Source: Styela clava
Lineage: Eukaryota
Direction: 5' to 3'
Assembly (NCBI RefSeq): GCF_964204865.1
Contig: NC_135250.1
Coordinates: 6,820,001 to 6,884,000, forward strand
DNA length: 64,000 nt
The notes beneath the pieces are model-generated. The model did no database searches. It saw only the letters and a program-made list of their open reading frames with translations, and was not told the DNA's origin. This document shows, in pieces, positions 40,246 through 52,491 of the stretch. A program made the position numbers and the translations under genes. Position 1 is the first letter of the stretch. The number at the start of each line of letters is the position of its first letter.

Positions 40246-40398
40246 TTTTAGTCCAAGTTAGTAATCTGATCTTCAGTTGTTTGTAAATTGTGGAATGTCG
40301 ATATCGGCGAATAGTAATCACAAATTGTTCAGAAAAACAAAAACAAAAAACCTCTAAATTGCTTTTAAAAATCAAATTGAAGCTATATTTTCATTTAT

Positions 40399-40419
40399 GA
40401 AATAGAAACGCTGACGTCA
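40399..40419. promoter_or_regulatory. Adjacent IRF-like (GAAATAGAAAC) and perfect CRE (TGACGTCA) motifs ~160 bp upstream of the MS4A ATG
   Basis: Direct motif match; also present at 51602-51622 and 63912-63932. Confidence 0.4.
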
Positions 40420-41288
40420 CTTACGGAGACAATCACACAGAACATTATTGTTGTACAGAATGGGGTACTTGAAAATCAAAAGCAGTGTTTTCATTCCACG
40501 TAGAACCTCAGAAATTAGGTTTTCTTCATAAGATAGTATCGTAATCTACATGTACGTCAATGGTGCTCAATTCAATGTAAGTTATGTTTCGTAGAAATGT
40601 TTCATTCTTACGATAGAACTGAAAGCACTTCAGGTAACTTTCAGGTGTCTTCAAGTGTCCATAATAAACGTAAGTAGAATATTTCACACATAAATAATAT
40701 TGGTGTAATTGAACGAGTAATAATCACGATTACTCACATATGGAGGTATTAGAAAATGAAGTGTTTATTTCCAGTATAATTATTAAAAATCTACATATTG
40801 TAAAAAGAGCATGTTTTTTTGCTTCGCCATAAGTATGCATAAAAATGCCGCTTTTATTAATAGATTTAGCTTATCGCTTTCCTGAAAATCAATATTTGTC
40901 CATTTATCAATTCAAAAAAATAATAGTTTAGGACAAAACAAGACAGGGAGGCTCAAATTAATAGACACAGAGGTCAAATGACTAGTATCAAAGTGACTAA
41001 CTTCGGATAAACTGACCCTATTTTCAACGATATTTCCACAATTTATTGTTAAAATACGACAGAATATCCATCCGTATGTAAAGTGCGATGATGCAGAATC
41101 TAATCGCCTGGGTTACGCAATCGCCTGATGTCCCTGAGCTACAGCAAAAGTCTGGTCATCTACTTTTTCAATATCCTCAACATTGTATAACATCAAATTA
41201 CATATATATATATATTAGATATAATATCCAGTTAATATGTAAATACAAGTAAATACAATTGGTTAACAAATATTTAGACATCAGCAGT

Positions 41289-43591
41289 TTAGTAAGCGAT
41301 TGTTTCTGGCATGCTGAATTTATGACAACCGGATAAGTACAGGGGAAATGCGCTCCAGCCACCACCGATAGTAACAAGCTTGTTGTGAACTCGTAGAATG
41401 TCTTCTGCAGCGGGATGTGGATTACGACTGTAAACCCATGCATGCTTTGGACCTAAAAAGAGAGAATTGGAAAGCGTTTATAATGTTACATTGTCCATGT
41501 AGAATAATCGACATTAATAAAATCGATCGATTTAAAATGGCAAAGCTTCTCACTTCTTCAATCAAATCGATCATGAAGTTGTCAGTTTTGATTTCATCAA
41601 TGGCAAACGTGATTTTCACCATACTATTTTGAAAAGAGTACAATTTGATGAATGTTTCGAATTATAGGTCTATAAACATCTGTGTCAATGTTTATAGGAA
41701 ATGTTTTCGTGGTGTCAAAGGTCGGCAAAACATGCACTCTATCAACAGATGACAACGAACGATCAGGTTCGGTGATCGATTTTATAAAAGGTAATTGCGA
41801 ATCGAAATATCTTCCCAATAATGAAAATCCGACGTTTTTAAATAAATCTTCCACGCGACGCTTGAAGAACCTATTTAATAACATGATAATATACGGACAT
41901 TTGATTGAATTGCAGCTGAAAGTGTTCAGCTAAATTCAATACTGACCTTCTTCACCACACTGCAAGCACATGAAATAATGCTCATAATCTGTGAAGCAAC
42001 TCATCCGATGCTCATAAGCGTATCGAATCTCTGCATAACAAAAAAGTAGGTATATTTATTGATACGTTTCTTCATTAAGAGTCCAACATCTTGTTTTAAA
42101 ATAATATTTATCACCAAAGGCAGGGCAAATTAGGCATTTACGGACTAAGCAATGGGTGTATCTTCCCGGCTAATCCAAAAAATGGCACTTAAAAAAAGAT
42201 TAAAAAAATTTATCATTGTTATATTCATTTTGAGTTACATTTTGAATTTTTGTTATGATTGGCTCATTATATATATTTGCTACATAGTTGTTTTTGAAGT
42301 ACATCTGATTTGATAAATTTTTTATCTAGAATAATTTTTAGCAATGTGAATTATAGTGATAATAATAGTTATCATAAAATGAAAGGTATCATTAAAACAT
42401 TTTACCTTCCAAAACATGTTCATCTGCTCCGTTATGTTTTGCCCCATTCAACCACAATAATTCTATAAAAAATAATCATTTGTTATAAAAGTTTAAAATA
42501 CTTCAAATATAAATTTAATAAGTAGAACATTTTACGTGCCAAAACGTGTGTCGTATCTTGTGATTGAAGTTCCATTTTGATACCAACGGAATGGTATGAC
42601 TTCGTTGATTGACATTGTACCTCTGCATAGAAAAATCATGTTAATCGTAAGCCCTTACACAAAAAGCTGAAACTTTCATTTGTAACTTCCTTTATTTCAG
42701 TCGTGAAACATTTATTTATAAAAAATATAACGTATACCGCTCCCGTTATTGGTTTATCGGATACCCGGTGGATCAATTCCCTGCGTCTGCAGAATTCGTT
42801 CTACTATTATTTGTTACACCAGTTTGTCGGATGTTACAACTTTTATAAATCTCAAACTCAGAAAATATCGGACATATTTCTTCTGAGAAAAATGATAGAT
42901 TTATAGTCCTGATTAGGGTACAAACATAACTCAATCCGTAAAAAACTCAATACTAACCGGGCGAAAACGTTAAAAGCAATAATACGTCGGTATGTTTCAT
43001 TTTGATCTTAAAGTCAAGCCATTTCACCTATCTCTATCGTCCGAATCTATTCGCTATTGTCAGTTGTTAACACCAGTTAACATACTTATTTAACTTTCAT
43101 AATTCCGAAGACCTATTGGGCAGTCCATACCAAAACAGATTAGTAACCTTTTTACAATAAATTATTTATGTATATAAAATTATTTACTTTTCCGCTGATG
43201 AAATATCCTGAAATTCTCCAAAAATTCCGTCGAGAGTTTCTTTGAAATACTTGAACGCATAACACGGCACACCGCGTTCAAGTGGATCATTGGTGTTCAG
43301 TATGTGATACCAAGAATCAGGAAGCTGGAATATGGTGATACAAGATTTTTACAAAAGAAGCTGGAAAATTGAATGATACAGCTGGTGGCGCAATCAAACC
43401 CTTTCAGTCGTCACGTAATTTTCGTTCAACTCAATTCAATAATTTTTATGAATGCTCACCATATTATAATTGACTTCATCAAAAACGGGCAACGCGCAAT
43501 TTTCGTTTTCACGACGGTATCCTGGTTTTCCAACTGTCGGATTGAACAACAAGCAAACTATCAAAATGGAGACACAGCTTAAGAAGATCAT
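41289..43591 (-). CDS. Secreted lipocalin (ApoD-like), copy 1
   Basis: Exons 43460-43591 (signal peptide MIFLSCVSILIVCLLFNPTVG..CALPVF), 43188-43324 (LPDSWYHI, SCR1-like), ~42536-42622, 42406-42462, 41947-42030 (FTDYEHYFMCLQC, SCR2), 41289-41452 (HAWVYSRNP, SCR3; terminal Cys). Splicing between 43188 and 42462 is not fully resolved. Confidence 0.72.
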
Positions 43592-45981
43592 TGTTACTCG
43601 TTAGACTGTCTTCAGCGAAATGATGAAATATGCTCAGATAAAGCAATATTAAATCGGGAATGTAGGCAAAAGGAAGTACTTCTCCACGTTTTTCTCACCT
43701 GCTGCTTAGCATGCAATGCACTACGCACGTTTCCACTGCATGTTCAGCCTATGCAATATCAAATTGCAGACGTTATGAGATTCTCTGTATGTCAATAAAT
43801 CATTCTTTTCAATTCAGGCAAAGATAAGTCAAGATAGAACAAGGAGAGATGCTCAAGGATATGGACTCAAACCATCCTAAAATACTTGCACACAAATCAC
43901 TACCTTCAAAGTGCCTAACTTCGTATGAAGGACTTAATTTCAAGGTAGCGTCACCATCTTAAATCCGTTTTAAATTTACCGAATGATATATTTATTTGCT
44001 CGCATTTTATTTAAGAAATGTCGCTTTTTACCCGTGGTTAAAATGCATTCGAAATAACTCCCATTGGCGACATAATGCAATGATATTGATTGATGTTTTC
44101 TAAAATGTCATTCACATCATGGTATTTGTCTGCTTAACCTAAAACGCTAGAAACTCTCACAAATGAGGCTTGTGGACTCGTTGTCGCATGCATATTAGTG
44201 CAACCGACCACCGACTAAGTCAATAAAAATAGATTGGACAAGCGTGGCATACCAAGTGGTGGCGCAACGTACGCAAAACCAGCCCAACAACAACAATTTG
44301 GAGAAAATCGAGTTTCACCGGAAGATCCGCACGTAAAGTGATGCAGAATCCGGTATCTACCTCGGCCGCACTATTGCTGTCGCCTAAAAAATCTTCACGA
44401 AAGTCGAAGTATGGCCGGCTGCTTAATCTACGATTAACCGTATGAGTCAAACTGATACACACTTCAGACATGGTCCCAACCCAACAACTTGTGTTTTTTG
44501 CTAATGAAAACTTGTGTTTTTTGCTTTTAACAAGATTTATGAAAAGATATTGTTCCGGCTTTGTTCAAATTCATCACGATTATTGCGTTAATTTTCGATT
44601 CTCTTAACATTGTATAACATTAATTACCAGTGGCGGCGCGTCAATAGGGCCAACCGGGGAAATGCCCCGGTTGTTTTTTCGATATAATAAAAAATATTTG
44701 AAAAATACCTCAATATCGGTTGCACCAATGACATTAAACAACATGATGCGCAACTCCGGCATTTTTGGCCGAAGATCGTATTCGATAACACGCTCCAATG
44801 CACATACTTTACGAGACGAGAACGAGCGGATGTGTGCTGTTTTCAAGGCATGGCACGAATGGTGTTCGTGCCTGCTTTGACAGTTGTTGTCGACTTTAAT
44901 GATATTTTGGAAAGTTGAGTTAAAAAAAAATCGGAAAAAGGTAAGGTAAATACTATTGTTGTATATCACACCCGGGCATCGCACTGTTAGGTGCATGTGG
45001 GAAAGCCAGCTTTTTCAAATACTACAAAGTTATTAATTCAGTACGGTACGTAGTTGCCCATTTGCCGAAATTGCATATTTACTTACCCCTTATGGTTTCA
45101 AATAGTTCATGTACCTCCATTTAGATTTTTCTAACCAATGGGGATATTTACGTATTGCTGTAACATACTATTGCTCAATCACTTTTATTTGCGTATTGAT
45201 TCAAAGGGTTAACAAGTTCACCTAACATTTCACCCATTCCGGTCTATATTGTATAGTATGATCTCTCAAGTATATGAAGCCACGAATGCCTGTAATTTTT
45301 GGACTAAACCCCTTCATTAGTTGGTTTATATACCAAATTCAGTAAAACATTTTTTACACTTAACATGAGATATTGGATTTATTAACTTTTCCATTTTAAA
45401 TCATATAGACTGCTTTAAATATTCTTGACGAAAATTAATAAATCTCCTCTCTTTCTTCAGATGTGAATGTTGTGGACAAATCTGTATAAGCATTGTGAGA
45501 TTCCTGTAGCACAAGAGGCAATAGCAAAAATAGTAAGAATATCAATCAAGAAATTAAGTCGACATAGAGCAAAACTTTCAACTATTCGTCTAACCTCAAT
45601 TTCCCATTATTTATTCACAAGACAACTGTAGCAGACGGGGAGATATCAGAAGTATGGCGAAATATAAGTGACAGTGTGATTGCAAGAAATACAATTAGAG
45701 TACTCCATGAGTGTTTGCAATAGAAGAACAACCTATGGAGGCATGCAAAGACATTTGACCCTCCGGTAGAGTTGTGTATGGGTTTTATTTGTAAAAAGGC
45801 ACAAAACACGCCAGACATACTGAAAACAGCTTTGGAAATGTAGATTATGGGTCACTCACTACACCATGTTAGAATTGGTTCCATAAAATTTTGGTAGTAC
45901 TATAGAAGAAATTCAGGGAAGGGTATAATCATGATTCATGATAAAATACTGTTCAATAATTTGGACAACTTCAATATAGAC

Positions 45982-47150
45982 CAGGGATGTCAAACTCGCG
46001 GCCCCAGAGAACTTCCAGTGCGGCCCTCGAACGCTAAACAATAATTGTAATAGATTTTTGAAAGTGTTTTTTTTTTCTAAATGTAAAAGATTTTTCCAAT
46101 TTTTTGAAGTGAAATTGATTATTCACGCAAAAAACAATTTACTGAAAGTAGTTTTGGAAAATTATTATTTTTTTGTTCACATTTTGACCCAATTAAGAAT
46201 TTACAAATTAAGCTAGCAAAAGAATACTTGAATAAAACATTTGAGTGGATAAATTAAACGCAAAGTACATAAAGAAGGTGGCATTTTCGAAGAAAAATGG
46301 GAGTTACAATATTTCTGCATTTCTCAAAATTCTGAAGCACATTGTTTTTGTTTTGTCATATTTCCATCAGTACAATGAAATAACACAATAAACTCAGCAG
46401 TCAATATGACAAATTCAAAGACCAACTTCGAACAGAAAATTTCCATGCGTTTGTATATTAATATAATTATACAACGACTTAGTTTACTAAAAATCAATAT
46501 CACCAATAATTCAATGCCACGCAATGTGGCGCAAAATTTCTTGTCAAAAAATTCTGTCATTTGTTTGTTTACTGATCTATACGCTTTCTTGCATTACTGG
46601 AATTAATTAAACATTCTCGCAGATCCATATTAACCCATGATCATGTGACCTCGTTAGTTACTATAAGAGTCGGTACTATAAAATCATTTCAGCCTGGCCT
46701 TAGTATGCTGGTGACACAAAAAAGTTGTCAAACGTCAGGACAAATGTAATTGAGTAAACATTGAGTTTATACTACAGTATTTTGGTTAATTTTAGGTCCA
46801 TATATTTAGATTAAGTCATTCTTAGTGTATGTATCATTCTTTTCCTATCCAAAGCTTGTTCAAAAATGATTTTGATGGTTGTTCATAGAATTTTATGATT
46901 TTTTTGTAATAAATACAGTAACTTGCAATAATAGTGGAATGCAAATATTAATATTTAATTGCATTTGAAATTAGAGAAAATAATAGAACTTAATCCAACT
47001 GTTTAATTGCATCACAATATATGTCACAAACTAAAACTATCTTAAAAATATCTTTTAAGTATACATTATCAAAAACTGTTTGCGGCCCTTTTTACAATTT
47101 CCGAAATGCGATGCGGCATATGGTATGACTTGTATTTGCTGTCACGATGT
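45982..47150. mobile_element. Nested, decayed Charlie-type hAT element
   Basis: Left end cagggatgtcaaactcgcggcccc..gcggccctcg; degenerate right end tgcggccc..gatgcggc near 47080-47150; no clear TSD. Confidence 0.45.
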
Positions 47151-47389
47151 ATTATCTCAATGTGTCAAACTTTTAATTAGTGTGCATATTTTGCTTCCAG
47201 GTAACATGAACGTATTGTCTTGTTTATTACCTCAGCTTGGAGTATTGACAAGAAAAAGGTGCCAGTAAATTACTTAAAAATTTTTTCAACTCTTTGTTAT
47301 AATCTGAATTCACAATTAATGGGAAATATAAACAGCCAACAATCAATGAGAACTATATGCAAAATTCCTCAGATTAAATTTGTCTTCTA

Positions 47390-47900
47390 AAATCGGAGGA
47401 AGGCAAAACATATAGGTAGTTTCCATTCATACAAGTCTTTCAAGAAGACTTGCTCGAGCCAAACTAAATGAGCATCATCAGGTGATCGGTAAGGCTGCAA
47501 GTTGAATTCAGCCCTGCAACCTCCTGCATAGACGATAATATTAATTAGTGGGCTATGAGCTAAATTCCTAAATTTAGACACAAACATATCTACGAGGCAT
47601 TATGTACCATCAATGTTAACTACGATAAAATGAATATGTAATATGTCTAATAAACTCACCTACTAAAGCAAATTCGATGGGTGCAAACTTTGTGTTATGG
47701 AATTGTATCACAGCACCGTTAAGAGGAGTATAAACAGTCTTGCTGTTTTGTAAGAAACCCTCTTTAAATAAAATTTCAATGTTCAAGTACAAACATTAAA
47801 ACTAGTAACCTTGAACATTGTCATTATCTGCAAAATGTTCCACACAAATCTTTACACTATCGCGTCTGTAATCTTCTCTGATAATATAAAAACGTCTATG
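47390..47900 (-). pseudogene. P-element/THAP-type transposase relic, spliced fragments
   Basis: Exon-like pieces: ..RDSVKICVEHFADND (THAP CxxHF, ~47810-47880), ..TPLNGAVI (AVP-box-like, ~47660-47762) and NLQPYRSPDDAHLVWLEQVFLKDLYEW (ORF 47387-47587), resembling P-like transposase C-terminal segments. Confidence 0.55.
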
Positions 47901-49603
47901 ATGTCCAGAATTACTCTGCTTAGCTTGTCTGCCATTCCAGCTTTCCAAGTGAGCAAAACTTCTTAGATTTAATGATTATTTTCTTTCGTCACAGGCGCAA
48001 AAAGGCAGATACTACACGTAAAGAAGTCGCCGAGTAGCAAAAGCGAATGGGAAACGGTCTCGAAAGGCGACGATAACTATGTGCATTGAAGCGTATCATG
48101 AAATACAATCTTTCGCGTGTAGTCTTATGGAGTGACGTCAGAGTTGCCCATCATGTTGTTAAATGTCATTGGTTGCACAGACTGTCTACACTAGCCATAT
48201 TCTCCCGACACGGTTCATTTTTCGCTCGCAAAGCCTTCGCCGAACGTCGACGGGGCGACGCCGATTTTGCCCCGGTTGCTCATTGTATATCGTATTCTCT
48301 CTTTTATCTTCCACTCGCCGTGTTTGTCTCGTTTGTTTTCTGTTTCTTTTACTAAATCATCGGGGCCGATCGGGGCTAGCCCCGAAATTATGACGACACA
48401 ATGCCGACGTTTCTTACAACAACGTGTTGACATATTCACGCATTCCTTCTCGTTCGTTGGCTGCTTGAAGAGTTGATAGTTTCCTCGCCTTCGTTTTTGT
48501 CGCTTGTTTCGCTATTTGAATCAGTTAGAGACCTTTAGTCCATTTGCTTTCGATTTTCCACATTCCTTTTGAGTTCCTCACTTCTTTCCGGCGTTATTTC
48601 TGGGATGCATGACTTTAATCAGCGCGTTATTGAGAATTTTGCTTCCAAGAAACCGCGGCGTGTTGCATATATGTTCAAGCAGTAGAAGTCTAGCAGCATA
48701 TATATCTATGCGTGAGCGACGCATGTCCTTATCTTTGCATTAACTTTCCTTTCTTCATAGTAACGTTTTAAACCTTATTTTAGGTTTTGTCTGCTTTCCC
48801 GAAGTTTCTGTTAATATGTCATTGTATTTATCTGGGTAAATATTGCCTTTCCTTTTGAAAGAGGTTTCAAAATAAACTATGTCTATATTTATTAATCCCT
48901 TGACTTGGACCGGTTTTTATAGACACTTTCTTATCGTTAAAAATTGTCGCTTTTGCCGATTGGTTGTTACCGATGGAATGGTTTTATACTCATAAAATGA
49001 TGGGAGAACTTACAGCGCTCATCCTGTCCCCGTAGATGGGGATGACTTGGTCCCGCAGTAGCTTGCCCCGGTTGTCAAAATGACCACGCGCCGCCACTGT
49101 TAATTACATATATTGGAGATGATATTGTGAAATTGAACACAATGTGGAACGCACCTTGTGGCTACTGGGACAAATTGTATTATCGTACCATTTTGTTTCT
49201 TCTTCGTGTCCATATATTTGAGCATCGCTCTCCTATAATAATTGTTTGATAATCGTAAACGCCTTTCTCTTTAAGTTTTGTGTGATGACGTCATCAAAAT
49301 AAAAATTGCTTGACGTGGTTCCGTGATCAGATCTCGGTGATTTAATGGTCAGACTACTGTAAAAGTGTTTAAAGATTGAAATTTTCAATTCACGTTGAAA
49401 CTGAGTCAGGAAAAATGGATCATCGTTGCATGACCCGGAAAGCCACGACAGCCCCTTTACCGCTATGGCACCGCGATACAGGTACTTTTTTTCGAGATAT
49501 AAAATTTCATTCATATATAATTTCACCAAAGGAAAACTTGATTTTTACTAGTTGGAAAAGAGTACAATTTGGTGAATGTTTCCCGGAGGTTCGAGTTCTA
49601 TGT

Positions 49604-51448
49604 CTATGTGTAGGAAATAGGTATCGTCATGTTAGCTGACAGGGAAGAACCTATAACGAGCTCATCTTGGAAATGTTGAGTGCCCTTAATATAAGAATTC
49701 AAATTATTGCACAACGGTATTGTAGTAATTCGTCATAGTTTTGTATGTATAATATATTTTATAAACTTTTCAGATCAAAACTTCGAAAAACAACATACCT
49801 AACACTTAACAGGTATAAACTGTCGGGTTTGATTCATGTACAGTTAACATAATGCATGGAAAGAATAAATACGATGGTCAGGATATTCTATTTTGCCTAT
49901 CAAATATATAACATTACATTCACTCTCTGTATCGATTTTGCATATATAAAAATATTGAATGGATGATATTAATATAAACATCTGAAAATACCCTATCCGT
50001 GAACCAGCGATCGTCATGTGAGGTCAAGGCTAGGTATCCAAGCAACGCAGTTGATGACGTTATCACAACTTCAGCGAGAACAAAAATGCTCATGATAGTT
50101 CCAATAACTATTCCCATAGATTTGTTCTTTTCATCATAATAATCAACCTAAAATGTGCGAAACTTTTAGAAATTACCAAATGGTTTTCATTTGTCATTTT
50201 GCCTGAAGTTTTGTTCAAATATTCAAGACATTTGATTTGCTATGTTCGAAGCCAATAAGTGACACGGTTTTTAATCATTCCGTCTTATTATACAGCAATA
50301 TCCAGATATTATTTATTACTTGAATGGAGCAACATGAAGTGCACGGATGGACACGGTACTCGGATCCAACAATTGCATATGAAAAGTATTACCTCTTGTG
50401 CGATAGACATTGTGATTACGGCCATCAGCGATATCGCCATTAAAACAGCAAGCGCTGAACATCCAAATGATATAGCAGCCTAAAAAGTTTAAAAAGACGT
50501 ACTAAATTAAAAGTGCCGGAGGAATGAATTATCAGAAATTAAATATTTTCCAAATACAAACCACAAATCTGTCTTTTCGTTTGTAAGCAATAATAACGCC
50601 GAAACCGCTTAGCAATATCTGAAACAAAAGTACAAAAGAAAATACCAATTTAATGTCAATTTACTATTGTCAATACCCACAAAATAATTCTCTAAGTTTA
50701 AGTTGTTTCCACACCTGAGGTATTGGCTAAAACTTTGATAACGTTATAAGCGAGCTTGTGTTCTTGCGCTCAGTATTTTTTTTTATGAAATCCATAGTGC
50801 TGTACAAAGCATAATATATACTCACCAGAAGTGAAATCCAAACAGGAACACCGGGTGCACCAAGGAAAGATGGCGATGGAGAAGTCAATTCTTTAAATTG
50901 GCAGAAGATTGCAAGTAAATCAAGTATAATCAACATCACCCCTAAAAAAATCATTTAAACCATATCGCTTATGTCGTCTGCACATCTAGTTTAATTAGCG
51001 AGACTAACTACAGTATATGGGTAGAATATTTCATGCCGTATTTTAACAGGTGGGAGGGACTGAGAGAATAATTGTTGTTAAAGAAAGGGTTCAAAAACGC
51101 GTGACAAATCAAATGCAAGTCAACAGTTCTGACGATTGAATTTGGTTTTTGCCCTGAAGTCACTAGGAATTCACTGACTCTGTGACAATATGCTCTAAAA
51201 ATCAAACCCGCGGTCCATATGACAACCTAATTGCGCCAAAATATTTTGTAAATATGGACATAAAAATAATTATTCCTGATAGATTAGAACTACCTACCGC
51301 ACCCGGCCTGCGCTATTCCAAACGTCAAAATCTTAGGGCTCTGATTAAATTGCACTGTATCCCCTGGTCGCATAACACGAAGATACCATATCTGAAAACT
51401 TGTACAATATGTGTCGCAACATCCAGGATCCACTGATATTTCCGACAT
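49604..51448 (-). CDS. MS4A: MS4A-like copy 2, C-terminally truncated by the duplication junction (215 aa)
   Basis: Exons 51298-51448, 50826-50941, 50562-50618, 50393-50479, 49992-50147, 49604-49684; last exon reads GTQHFQDELVIGSSLSANMTIP-ISYT* across the junction. Confidence 0.75.
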
Positions 51449-52491
51449 TTTTAGTCCAAGTTAGTAATCTGATCTTCAGTTGTTTGTAAATTGTGGAATG
51501 TCGATATCGGCGAATAGTAATCACAAATTGTTCAGAAAAACAAAAACAAAAAACCTCTAAATTGCTTTTAAAAATCAAATTGAAGCTATATTTTCATTTA
51601 TGAAATAGAAACGCTGACGTCACTTACGGAGACAATCACACAGAACATTATTGTTGTACAGAATGGGGTACTTGAAAATCAAAAGCAGTGTTTTCATTCC
51701 ACGTAGAACCTCAGAAATTAGGTTTTCTTCATAAGATAGTATCGTAATCTACATGTACGTCAATGGTGCTCAATTCAATGTAAGTTATGTTTCGTAGAAA
51801 TGTTTCATTCTTACGATAGAACTGAAAGCACTTCAGGTAACTTTCAGGTGTCTTCAAGTGTCCATAATAAACGTAAGTAGAATATTTCACACATAAATAA
51901 TATTGGTGTAATTGAACGAGTAATAATCACGATTACTCACATATGGAGGTATTAGAAAATGAAGTGTTTATTTCCAGTATAATTATTAAAAATCTACATA
52001 TTGTAAAAAGAGCATGTTTTTTTGCTTCGCCATAAGTATGCATAAAAATGCCGCTTTTATTAATAGATTTAGCTTATCGCTTTCCTGAAAATCAATATTT
52101 GTCCATTTATCAATTCAAAAAAATACTAGTTTAGGACAAAACAAGACAGGGAGGCTCAAATTAATAGACACAGAGGTCAAATGACTAGTATCAAAGTGAC
52201 TAACTTCGGATAAACTGACCCTATTTTCAACGATATTTCCACAATTTATTGTTAAAATACGACAGAATATCCATCCGTATGTAAAGTGCGATGATGCAGA
52301 ATCTAATCGCCTGGGTTACGCAATCGCCTGATGTCCCTGAGCTACAGCAAAAGTCTGGTCATCTACTTTTTCAATATCCTCAACATTGTATAACATCAAA
52401 TTACATATATATATATATTAGATATAATATCCAGTTAATATGTAAATACAAGTAAATACAATTGGTTAACAAATATTTAGACATCAGCAGT

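Larger units (their letters stand above)
44628..49099. mobile_element. Non-autonomous hAT (Tip100-like) element, 4,472 bp, copy 1
   Basis: Perfect 14-bp TIR cagtggcggcgcgt / acgcgccgccactg; perfect 8-bp TSD ttaattac; gccccggttg subterminal motifs; no intact transposase ORF. Confidence 0.92.
38416..49618. repeat. Tandem segmental duplication, unit 1 (11,203 bp)
   Basis: ORF track repeats at offset 11203 (e.g. 38717 and 49920); homology starts at aggtatcgtcatg (38416/49619/61899). Confidence 0.97.

Noticed and set aside
41422-41933. ORFs 41422-41643, 41624-41884 and 41682-41933
   Set aside because: They lie almost entirely in the last lipocalin intron; the true exons are in other frames and carry the TDY and AWVYSR motifs.
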